Positions 13,907 to 24,870 of a stretch of DNA of 64,000 nt are shown here, piece after piece (the first letter of the stretch is position 1; the number at the start of each line of letters is the position of its first letter). The position numbers and the translations under genes were made by a program. Under the pieces are notes generated by a model. The model was given only the letters and a program-made list of their open reading frames with translations, made no database searches and was not told where the DNA came from. Source of the stretch: Marsupella aquatica (lineage: Eukaryota; Plantae; Marchantiophyta); the NCBI GenBank assembly GCA_973895155.1, contig OZ316897.1, positions 8,579,832 through 8,643,831 of the forward strand, in the 5' to 3' direction.

Positions 13907-15450
13907 ATGCCTCGAGTTTCACAACGACAAATACAGCTCAGGGCTGTAAAACAGAAACTTGAGCTTAACATTGCCCTCCTCAGCGACAGTGATGAGTCTG
14001 ACGAAGGTGAGAAGGTGTTTCATAAGATGCCTGGACAACTGAAGTGTGCAGGGATTGGAAATTTCAGTAATGAACTGTCTGATGATAGTTGCCTCCAGCT
14101 TGATTCATCTGGAGACAGTGACCATGACGAGTATGACCAAGACGACACAAGACCTGAGGACTTGCTAGAGTTGTATTTTGTGCTATATAACACCAGGTAT
14201 TTCATGCCTCGTCATGTGAGTCTGAAGTCCAATGACTTTGCCACTCAATTCTTCCATAACCTGCCAGAACTACTTTTCAGGCAACTTACAAGGATGAATA
14301 AGAATTCCTTTTTCCATTTGCTTGACTTGGTATCGACTCATCCAGTCTTTCAGAACAGGTCCCAATTTGAGCAAGCTCCTATAGTCAGGCAAATGGCAGT
14401 TTGCCTTGACCGTCTTGGGCATGATGGTAACGGGGCTTGTCTTAACCATATGATCCCTACCTGGGGTGTAAGTACCGGTTCTTTGGTGAATTTTTCGAAA
14501 CGATGCTTCTGTGCACTTGAATCTGTTCTTGCAGACCAGATCCAATGGCCAACTAGGGATGAGCGTCTTCAGCTGAGTGATGGTTTTGCCAGACTTGGAT
14601 TCCCTGGATGCATTGGTCTCATAGATGGGTCTCTCCTACCTCTTGCACAAAGACCTGCTCTCCATGGTGAGTGCTATTACGACAGGAAGTCCAGGTACTC
14701 AGTTAATGCTCAAGTGGTTTGTGACAATCGACGCAAAATCCTCTTCATGTTTACAGGTCTGTGTTGCTCCTCACTTCATAACCAGTGCTTGTATTCTGTC
14801 ACTGGCATGCTCTTTAACCATTCAATTCCGCTTAGCGTTTAATGTCTTTATCTTGACTTTGTTACAAATCACTCCTTACAGGAATGCCAGGCTCCTGTAG
14901 TGACCTCACATGTGTGAAACGCTCCCCACTATTCCAGTACTGCAATGGAGTTGGTGGAACACTTCTTTTCGATGAAAATCAGTACCTGCTAGGTGACAGT
15001 GGGTACCAAGCTCTTCCCCACTTGGTCTGCGCTTTTAAAAGGTCTGACTTCTGTCAAGACAAGGAGGACTTCAATACTTGCATTGCAAAGTGCCGGGTCA
15101 CAAATGAGCACTGTATAGGGGTACTAAAATCCCGTTGGCATTCACTGAAGGAGGTCCGCACTCAATTGAACAAGAGTAAGGACTCTCTCTGGATGATACG
15201 GTGGGTTTCCTTGTGTGGCAAACTGCATAATTACGTTATGAGCATGAACGACGAATGGTCTGAATCTGACATGGAAGAGGATAATTGTGATGAGCCCCCA
15301 GCTGTAGTGGAGGAGGCAGACATAGTCCCAGACCCTGCACGTTCCTCAAGGCGGAGAACTGCTGAGGCTGGTCACGCTATTTTACTCAGGGTTATGGACG
15401 ATGCTCTCACATTCTACCGCCAACCAGGAGGATTTTTGCACCATGACTGA
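13907..15450 (+). CDS. Harbinger (DDE_Tnp_4 / HARBI1-like) transposase; exons 13907-14756 and 14882-15450, ~472 aa
   Basis: FRQLTRMNKNSF, GFPGCIGLIDGS, YYDRKSRYSVNAQVVCD, spliced TG|MPGSCSD, YLLGDSGY and RVTNEHCIGVLKSRWHSL. The GT-AG intron joins in frame and the catalytic acidic residues are present. Confidence 0.93.
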
Positions 15451-17224
15451 AGAAATAGCTTTACAGTGCTATTGTCTAGGAAACAGGAGTGTTCCTATGT
15501 TGGGTTATTCTGTGGAGCCCGAACTTGTCATTTACTAAAGTTGATTGTTTTTTAAACTCGATTTCCTTCTATTGTGGAGAGGAATTGATAAACAATTACT
15601 TGTCTATGTGTTCAGACAAATTGCATTACAACCTCCGTTGTACCCTAAGATTCATTATCGTCTCTTTTCTACTCGACTGTGTGAATTATGTGAAGATGAA
15701 TTGTGTGAATTATGTGACTCTCTGCTGTGCTCTGAGTACCTAGCTCTTGTTGAGTGACTTGACTTGGAATCCTTGAGGCTTGATCGTTTCTCAGACGTGT
15801 TACGCGCACACTGTTGTCGTAATTGTTGATCATCGCGTGCACACTGTTGTCGTAATTGTTGATCATCGCACTGTCTCACTCTGGACCCTAAGCAATCGTT
15901 CCGTAAGGAATTGGAGAGGTGTCAGATTGTTGGGACTCTTTGCTTCGGTTCTGGATCTAGCTCTTGCTCCCCAGTTATTGCGCACAATGTTGTGATAATT
16001 TGCTTTTTGTCTCTCAAGCACCCTACGCAGCTTGTTTCTCCATGGAATTGGAGAGAGGTCGGGTTTCGGGTTTAGCCTGGATTCTGGTCGGGCGACTATG
16101 GCGACGCAGTTCGTTTCGATGATATGTGGAAGGAGCTGGCAATGAAACGCCTGAGAGAGCAAGGAAGAGGTATTTCCTACGATGCAGAGCAATTCACACT
16201 TCAGATGGCCGCCGACCTTTCTGCGCGGAAGCGAATTGTTGTTAGGGAATGTCTACAATGTAGTTGTGTTGTTGGAGATCTTCTAATGCATGATTGGAGC
16301 CCTGACAACCTCATGCGGATTGATGACCAGTGCCGGTGATGTGCGCAATTCATTTAACAAGGGGTACAAAATTATGCAGTTAATTATTCGACAGGGATTG
16401 GAGTTTGGGCTAACTTGTTGGCCTTCAGTTGTGTTTGAGGAGGAGAGTTCAATGCATTCGTCGATGAATCCAGCCTCGGACCTGAGATGTAGGAGGTGAA
16501 TCCGTTTATGTCACTCTGTATCTCCCCTCTTCGTATAGCTCAGGATCGGATTATCAGATATGAGGACCGAAAGGGATGTAAAAGACCCCTTGACAAGAAC
16601 GTCACAGCGACGAAGGACGCTGTCGAATATCACCAACCTTTCTCTCTCCGCCAGTTGGGCCAGCGATGCTCGAGAGGGTCTGAAGGCCAAGACCCCAAGC
16701 AAGACACTTAGTTTCAACGAGTCTCAGCACGGACCAATCGATCCCCAGCAACATATCAAGGAAACTAAGGAGTAGAAGTGCACAAAGGCGACATTCAATT
16801 GGAAACATCGTAATGGACGAGGACTGGAATGATTCGACCAACGTGGACAGTAGAAGCCAAAAGGATGGCGTGAGGAGGTCAGACTTAAGCAGACGGCGTC
16901 CGGCAGTCTCGAAAGAAAGTGGTGGATAATTTAAACCTGATTTGAATATCCACATTCCTCATGGAAGCAGGGAACGAAACAACATGAAGGCAGTTATGAT
17001 GGCAACGGAGCCTTAAAATTTGAGAGCCATGAACAAAAGTAGTCTACGGTGACAGTGGAGTTCCTGAGAAACAGGCATCGGCCTGGAGGAGAGTGGTGTA
17101 AAGTTCCTGCGTCTAATCTGCTCAAGTGCTTGGCTTAATTACGGAGAACTATTCCCCCCTGAAGAATGAACTAAGTACTCACCATCGAATGAATCTACCT
17201 CTACTCTAGTGTACTGATCTACAC

Positions 17225-19364
17225 CTAATCTAGGTCGATTGAATCACCATCTTGTTGGTGAAGCCCAGACTCGGGATGTGTGGTGGAATCGGACATTGGA
17301 TTCATCGCTGCAGTAGCACAGAGAACCTTCGGAATTATCCCAAGGAGGGTTTGCATCTCATCACATGTTCTGTTTGTCTTGATGAGCTCTGTCAACAATG
17401 CAAGTGTCTGTTGAGAGTTAATACACCGAAGTTGATGATCATGCTCCACTTTTGCCTTCTTTGCTTCGTGCAATCTGGTGGATCTGTCCCTATCTCTACT
17501 TTCTCGTGCTGTGTTCTCTCGCAATTCATTGGCATCTCGTGCAACAGCTTCTCTTGCCTCCCTTGCTTCTCTGGCAGCAGCTTCCCTGAACTCTTTTCGT
17601 TCCCGCATGTCCTCTAATCTCCATTTATCCTTTGCTTCGATGATCTGCTGCTTAAACACATTTTTCTCATTCAACTTCTCAAGGTAAACTTCGGCCAAAT
17701 TAGGCCTGGATGTAGCTTGTGAGGGAACTGCCCTCCTTGGTGTTCCTCGTCGTGGGCCGTGTGGTGTTCCACGAGTTGACTGAGGCAAAGATCTGGGTGT
17801 TGCCTGAGAAGCATCGGGAGATCCTGTTCTCAGTGGTGTTGGCTCAGGTCCCTCTGGTCGAAGATAACCATGCTGTGGAGACACATCTTCTGTTGATTCA
17901 GGTTCCTCTGGTCGCTCTGAAAAATCATCCACGGGCTGTCCATCAAGGCAGGATTCAGTCCTACATGGCATATTTGTAGTGACATCTGCAATCATAAATT
18001 CGAAGTTAAATACCACAATCTCCACCCGACAGACCCTAGGCTGACCTTCTTCATCGGCCACACAGCAGAGGCAAGAATCTACGCTACCATCCGCAAATGC
18101 TGGCATCCATCAGTGACAAGGCAAAATAATTATCTACTCCATTTTCTGACCAGCTAACTACGCAGCTCAATCCGTGATGGGTTGACGGTATTCGGCTTGA
18201 ACATTGAGCTTCTACATTGATGCCATGTTAGAGGACCACACCCATTCAGACTCTGGTATATATTTCAACCTCTCGAATAGACCCATTCTGAGAGGAGGAA
18301 AACATGGCTCGAGGGCCCAACGAAAAGAGATTAGCTAAGATCAAAGAAGATTGAGAGGCACGATCAAAGGGCTAGGGAGATTGTTGTAGAGGGTCTAGAG
18401 TCCGTTTGAAGACTTGTTCTAAGATCTCTGACTGATTAGACACAAAAGATCGCAGCCTCTGCAAATTCCTCTACAGCACATTTGGAGATCGTCCCTAAAC
18501 AAGAATTATTTGAAGTATATAAAAAACTACGCCAGAAGGTCAAGCAAATAGACATTTCCTTACTATGCCTGAGAAGCGACTGGAACTCTGGACATGACTT
18601 CTTCGCTGTCTAGTACATCTAACTACGCAAATATAGACGACTACTCCAATCCAGGAAAATCTGGGGGCTGCCGATGAGCTAAAACAATGTTGATAACCTC
18701 CCTGTTACCTGATACGATAGTTCGCAAATGCCATATGAAGGGTTTCTCCTCGTCTCTTACAAACCAAGAGTTGCAGACCATAGTCGTTAAGTCAGACATT
18801 GAATTTGTTACCTGATGGCGTTGGAGCTGCGATGTGTGGAATTTCCTCAGCTTCACCACCATCATCGTCATCGGAGCCCTGATCCACAAATATTTCGGAA
18901 TGTCCAGGCAATCCAACACAACCTGTGCTAGGCGGGGACACATTCGCCCTGTGCCCATACAAGGCATGCATCCTCTCAAAATGAGGGCAGATTTTGTCAA
19001 GTTTGGCTTCGATAGTAATCCCCGCTCTTATTTCTTCCATGGTAACCCCAAATCCTGAGTCTCGCTTCATACCTAGAGCTTCCTTGTATTTAGCGACATA
19101 TCTACCAAATCGTTTACCCAGGTTGTCTCCATTTGCTACGAACGATGCAAAGCCTCTTGACTGAATCCAAACAAGCATCAGTCTAAAAACTGTTTTCTTA
19201 TTTGGATGCTTGGTGGCTGCTCCCTTATCACGCACTCTGTCTCCTCCGTTCAGCATTGCAAAATTATCACCTTCCTCCAGCCATTCAACAATCAACAATA
19301 AGTTTGCCGGTGTGAGTTTGCGCCCTTCAGAGCTCCCTGCCTGGGTTGCGGGAGTAGTCACCAT
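17225..19364 (-). CDS. Harbinger second ORF (Myb/SANT-like DNA-binding N-terminus, coiled-coil C-terminus); exons 19364-18812 and 17985-17225, ~437 aa
   Basis: IVEWLE..DNF, RFGRYVAKYKEA...SGFGVT.EE...GITIEAKLDKICPHFERMHALYG.RANV.P. The phase-1 donor CAG|GTAACA joins the phase-1 acceptor TTGCAG|AT. The tail is E/R/A-rich. Confidence 0.75.
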
Positions 19365-19968
19365 GGCTGGCAATTCGTGAATGTGCACTGATTGGGAATC
19401 CTATGCTTCTTGACGCTCATCAAACAGAGCGCGTTGTCTTGAACCCGACTGAGGAAGCTCCATGTTCCTGCTATGTATCCTTGTGTTGTGTGATTCTTCG
19501 ATAAATCTTCGAGGCTGAATTCTTGATTTCAAATCAGACGCTCCTCTTAGTGCAGCCGCGGCCCGCGGGGATGTGCCACTGAGGATTGAGGAAGACGCTC
19601 CTCTCAGTGCAGCCGCGGCCGTGAGCAAGTCATTCAAACGGAACCCCTACGTGGCACTTAAACACATTTGATAAACCCAGGTTTAACCCGTGCCGGGACT
19701 CCTTTTAGGTGCGAGATAAAGTTCAGACCCCCGGTTTTTTGGGACCCGATTTTGGGTACCGGTGGTCAATATCGGGCGGCGACCAGAGACATCCGGGTGA
19801 CCGGAAGGAGTCCTGTAACGCGCAGGGTTGAGACGCCCTACTAGACCGTAACCTTGCGTCCGGAATATGAAAAAGAAGCTGACCGGCGGTAGCCGGAAAA
19901 CTTCTTTGAATATTCCGGGAGCAGGTTACAGTCTATAACCCCATCCTAGACCTGCACTAGCGTACGTA

Positions 19969-20081
19969 ACTCCTGCCCGGAAAGAGGTTATCGGTTAGAC
20001 TTTTCAGGACAGCAGATTATGACTATAGCAGGCCCCTCCAAAAATGGTTATACACCGGTAACCTCTTCTCCTGACAGGAAT
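19969..20081 (+). repeat. Cassette B1 (113 bp)
   Basis: Lies between TACGTA sites. Reverse complement of 24301-24413, with about 12 differences by eye. Confidence 0.9.
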
Positions 20082-20087
20082 TACGTA

Positions 20088-20238
20088 CACTAATGCAGGG
20101 CAGGGCTGGGGTTATAGACCGTAACCTGCTCCCGGAATATTCAAAGAAGCTTCCCGGCTGCCGCCGGTCAGTTTCTTTTCATATTCCGGACGCAGGGTTA
20201 CAGCCTAGTAACCCTGCGCCCAGACCTGCATTACCCTA
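20088..20238 (-). repeat. Cassette A2 (151 bp)
   Basis: Lies between TACGTA sites. Six differences from 24420-24570. Inverted relative to A1 (12271-12302 plus 19843-19962). Confidence 0.9.
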
Positions 20239-21138
20239 TACGTAACTTCCTGGCCTGACACACCTGGCAGTCATAATCCATGGATGGAACTCTGTAATCA
20301 TGCAACGGAAACATATAACCTCCCTACGGAAAATGGTAATTTTGGACGGAAACTTTATTCCATTGAGATTTTGAATCTTCCTTCCATCCATTCCGTCCAT
20401 TTTTCCAGCTGTCGGTGCTAGAGTGGAACATCCGTCATCCCTGGGAGATAACAGCTTTTTGTGGTAAGAGTGAACATCAATCATTCGATCATGCCTGGAT
20501 GAGCTTTCTGTCCTTATGGGTATTGTGTCCTCATCCATAGGGTTCTGTTCTTTTAGAGTTCACTCTGATGAGGTCCATGGCACTCGCGGAAACGGAAAGT
20601 TAAAGCAACGAAAGAAATCAATTGAGACATACAACAAAAATTTGATGAAGGGAAAATACAACAGTAGGCAAGCAGGCTCAAGCCCTCCGGTTACCGCATT
20701 GCGCTAATTCTGAGACCGACCAGAAACTCGGCTTGGAAACTGGACAGCAAGATCGACTGAGAGTAACATAGATGTAGACTCGCTAATAGCCACAAGAGTT
20801 GACACCCTGTGCTCTAACCTGAGCGAATGCGGAACGCTATGAGAAGCTTCATAGCACAATTATAATTAAGAACTTTAGAAGAGACTAGTTGCAGGAGATT
20901 GAAAGCAAGCGCAAAACGAGAGACATTGACATAAAATATTCTTCAACTTTATTGAAAGGGGATCTTTTTTTATCAGCGCCAAATGTATATTACTCGGAAA
21001 TCTTGGAGCGAAGTGATACAAACAATTAAACAAATGGAAATGTTGTGAATCCACTGGCAACGAATAATTACTGGTGGAATTCTATCAGAATCTTACAAAG
21101 TAAAATCTGTCAGGCTATCTATTGAAGTCTGTTGTCTA

Positions 21139-23589
21139 CTATGTAGATCCTATGTTCTCCTTGTCCTCGTCAGTGCCTGCATGCAAAAGCTTGAATGTAA
21201 CGTTGCAGTTGTGGAAAGAATTCCCTGTCATATTATTCCCCACATATACATTCTGCCTCTTGCATGGCTGTGACATTCGTTGGTACATATCTGGATCCTT
21301 CTTGGCAATTTCCCCTTCCCAATCAATACCGTCATCAGTAAAAGCAATCTGCTGCGGTACATTGCTCAAATCCAACAGCTGGGAAGTACTTGATTTAGTG
21401 GACTCCTGCCCCGACTCCTGCAAACACAGACCACCATAAATAAATTAATAGCATATTATTTTCGTCACCCAAACCTGTCAATGATAAGAAAGAAAACTGC
21501 ATGCTCGGAAGAAACGTGACTCACCTCCCTTCCATCCGTCAGAGCTACCTGAAGACTAGATTTGTTACTGAGCCTATCGATTAGAGGCTTCAGTCCCGCA
21601 GTCGACCCCACAAGTTCCTCAGCCACAAATTGCTTACTCACATGGGCCAATGCCTTTTCATAATCCAAACCAGGATTAGCAGATACGAGTGTAGCAGCCT
21701 CCATTTTCAAAGCTTGAGTTCAATCGTATCTTGAATAACCTCCAGTGGTGTGATGACCAGTTATCAGCATGCCAATCTCATTAGGGACGCCCTTGGCAGC
21801 CATCCTGGTTATAAGCGTACTCCTTCCACTACGATTTGAAAACAAATCTCCTGGTAGTCCTACCAACATCAACATATTCTTTAGCCATTTACCCGTTGTC
21901 TCTCGAGCCACTTTATGAACTTTATTATACCATACGTTCCCAGCAGGATTACAAATAGCTTGCATATATAGGTCAGGTTTGTTGCACTCCCCTTCAGGTG
22001 CCATATGACGATGATATTGCTTCGTTGTCAACACAAAATCTGCCTCATAACTATGGTAAGTTTTGCGGAATTGCTCCTCGTTATATTTCTTTAACGAATA
22101 CGCATTGTTTTTTGACGTCCGCTCCTGAAATCTGCACCAAATTGTGAGAAAGATGCATAGAGACAGATCAATCAGATCACATCAATACATAATAACTTAC
22201 CAGCAACGTACAAACAGCCCTCTAGAGCTGTACTCACTTCACGTATTCTCTGCCTGTCTTGTCAAGACAGACAGTGAGATCATTTCGGTGAAGCTCGTAG
22301 AGTTCTTGCCCTCCACGAATGCCCATTCGAACGAGGCAGTAAAATGCAAGGCACTTTTGGCATCTGTAAGAAGAAGTGAGCTGATTGTCGATGTCAGCCA
22401 AGATGGCATTCTCATGAGCTTCTGTCAAAGTATAAACCTGCATAAACCAATACATTGAAGTCAAAATCTAAACCACAAAGCGCTGCGTAGGCACATAATT
22501 TTCCTGCTCCCTCAGCCTTAGCTGCTAGAGCCGCGAATGATCGAGCTAGCAAGGAGTGAGCAAAGTAGGATTGGGTGACCTCACTCCCTCGACTGAACGA
22601 ACCGTTCGCCACCTGTAACCCTGTTGCCATTGTAACCTAGTACCCAAACACAGACTTTGCGTGGGACTTTCCTGCTCGGCTTGCACAGAAGCAGCCGCAG
22701 AGGCGAAGCAAAGCAAAATGGCAGACTCAATCCCAATGGACACAAAAACGTGATGAAGCACAGCTACAAGTGAACAAATTGGTCGAGATGGATGGGATTC
22801 AAAAGAAGATAAACAAAAATAGTTGTACCTTCTACCTCGGTAAGTTCACTCTATCTTTGGCGCTCTTCGTGATAGCTGCTTTCAAAACCATTCTGGTTTT
22901 TGCAAATGTAGGATGTGAATTTATATTGAACTCTCTGTCAACAAGAAATAATCCTTCCCCTCTGAGAGACCGAACGTCACTTGCTCGTCGGATAATTCGA
23001 TTGTAACCATTCATGAGATTCATTAGACTAGAAGACGGATACGACTTACCGTTTGTTTTCTGTACTCGACAAAACAACTCACTTAAAAGCTCATTTAACC
23101 TAGGCAATGGCAAATCACCGAGACCAATGCTCATATCCCAACCCACTCCCTTGCGCAACATGTTTGCCCGTTTCAAAGCCCATTTATCATTCCATTCTGA
23201 AGGTAATTTTTTGTTTCCTCTGCCAGCCTCAAGCAAAATAGGGTCGGGAAGCGCCCGAAGCCCTGACAAATTCACTTCCACGTCTCCTTGATTGTGAGGA
23301 ATAACATCTACAGTATCCATCAAGTTTGAAGCCACATGGACCGAAGTTGAATCTCTAGAGACATCGTAAAAAATGCTAGCCATATTAATGTATCAAGCTC
23401 TGTCTCCTCGCCAGCAAGGTCTTCTAGGAATAGAAATTCACTCTCATCCCCATTCCACTCAGGACCACCTACGGAGCCTCCGTCACTCAAATGCTCTTCA
23501 ACTGTCTCACTGATCTCACAAACTCCTTGAACATCCATTCCACCACTTGCTTCCGCCATGCTGACGGATTCAATATTACCTTCCTGCAT
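21139..23589 (-). pseudogene. Crypton-type (DUF3504-like) tyrosine recombinase; 4 exons (~23589 or 23383 to 22829, 22437-22238, 22131-21525, 21417-21139)
   Basis: LNELLSELFCRVQKTNGKSYPSSSL; MGIRGGQE (catalytic R); spliced YVK|FQERTSKNN (K); WY; SNRSGRSTLITRM...GV...ITGHHT..GYSRY (HxxR position, H, Y); C-terminal FHNCNVTF. GT-AG introns are in phase. In-frame stops at 22832-22834 and 21720-21722. Confidence 0.88.
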
Positions 23590-24137
23590 GACAAACTCAA
23601 TAGACTCTGTGATGACAGAAAACGAAACTAAACATTTTTCTTGGATAGTCATCTCAATAGTAGCGAACAACAACATAAGCTTGGAACATAAGTTGAAGCC
23701 TGAAATTCAAATGGATTTTGCTGCAACTTGCAGAGGTACCCCGTAGTTGCAAGATTTCACTCCTCAATCCTCCCAATCGGGTTTGCTGCAACTTGCCGAA
23801 CTTATCCATTGATGGAGCTAGCGCCATCACCAACGATTTTGCGATCCAGTTTGAATCCACATTCCCCCGAGCACATTCAAATCATCAATACAACCGCTGT
23901 GCATCTGATGTTGGAACACAGATTCTTGAAGAAAGTATCCGCCTACTGGAGGAAAGTCTCGGAAGAAAGTGTCGCTTCTCGTCTGCATGAATTCAATCAA
24001 AACTTGACAAACAAACAAATGACGCCCCGCGCCCGCCTCTTCTTCACTTTCGGCCATTCAGGGATGCTATTGACCTTCCTTCTCATTGGCCAAAATGACA
24101 CTAGCCGGTAGCCAATACACCAACCTGAAACTACGTA

Positions 24138-24294
24138 GGTTAACTACGATCTCGGCCGTCCATTACCGAGGGTGTACCGGCTCTCCCCGGCTCCTCCAGG
24201 ACCTCTCCCGGCTGACGCCGGTCGAGGTCCTGTCAGAACCCCGGTCGAACCTCTGTACACCTTGGTAACGATCGTCCAGACCGTAGTTATCTTA
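24138..24294 (-). repeat. Cassette C (157 bp), a diverged A-type module next to the recombinase gene
   Basis: Lies between TACGTA sites. Imperfect inverted ends ggtTAACTACGATCTC and taagaTAACTACGGTCTGG show the same 3-nt/5-nt offsets as the A modules. Confidence 0.75.
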
Positions 24295-24300
24295 TACGTA

Positions 24301-24413
24301 AATCCTGTCAGGAGAAGAGGTTACTAGTGTGTAACCATTTCTACAGGGGCCTGCTATAGTCATAATCTGGTGTCCTGAAAAGTTGAGCCGGTAACCTCTT
24401 TCCGGGCAGGAGT
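24301..24413 (-). repeat. Cassette B2 (113 bp)
   Basis: Lies between TACGTA sites. Inverted copy of B1. Confidence 0.9.
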
Positions 24414-24419
24414 TACGTA

Positions 24420-24570
24420 TGCTAATGCAGGGCAGGGCTGGGGTTATAGGCTGTAACCTGCTCTCGGAATATTCAAAGAAGCTTCCCGGCTGCCGCCGGT
24501 CAGTTTCTTTTCATATTCCGGACACAGGGTTACAGCCTAGTAACCCTGCGCCCAGACCTGCATTACCCTA
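24420..24570 (-). repeat. Cassette A3 (151 bp)
   Basis: Lies between TACGTA sites. Direct copy of A2. Confidence 0.9.
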
Positions 24571-24870
24571 TACGTAGGGCGTGCGGTGGCGAGCGGAGCC
24601 GGCAAGCACAGGCGTCGAGTGGGAAGGAGGGAGAGTGAAGAGATCAGCACGGCTGACAGGGTGACAGTGTGGTTGTCCGGGCGGACCGGGCGGACCGGGC
24701 GGTTCTGGCGATCGAGTAGAGGCCGACCGTTGCAAGGCGAATGGCTGGCGGGCGTACGTGCGACATAGGGTGCATGGCGCCGGTGGCGGCGAGCGAAGGG
24801 AGCACTGGCTTCGAGCGAGAAAGGAGTAACAGTGAGGACCGTTGCTGGCGATCTAGTCGGGCTGAAGCAG

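Larger units (their letters stand above)
12303..19839 (+). mobile_element. PIF/Harbinger-superfamily transposon, 7537 bp, apparently intact
   Basis: TIR AGGGCGTCTCAA...TTGAGACGCCCT with TSD ACT (12300-12302 and 19840-19842). Removing it restores a cassette seen intact at 20088-20238. Carries two convergent genes. Confidence 0.93.
12265..24576 (-). mobile_element. Crypton-like tyrosine-recombinase element with a TACGTA-delimited cassette array, interrupted by a Harbinger
   Basis: TACGTA at 12265, 19963, 20082, 20239, 24132, 24295, 24414 and 24571 delimits repeated modules and a recombinase gene. Confidence 0.85.

Noticed and set aside
15500-17200. Possible third gene inside the Harbinger (Cys-containing frame near 16076-16339)
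   Set aside because: No convincing start, splice model or motif. It would need comparison with other copies.
23654-24057. Short minus-strand ORFs upstream of the recombinase as a partner gene
   Set aside because: Needs a frameshift to join and has no recognisable motif, so it cannot be supported by eye.
20245-24131. DIRS/Ngaro retrotransposon or Starship interpretation of the recombinase
   Set aside because: No gag, RT or RNase H lies within the boundaries and there is no large cargo. The motifs look DUF3504/Crypton-like.
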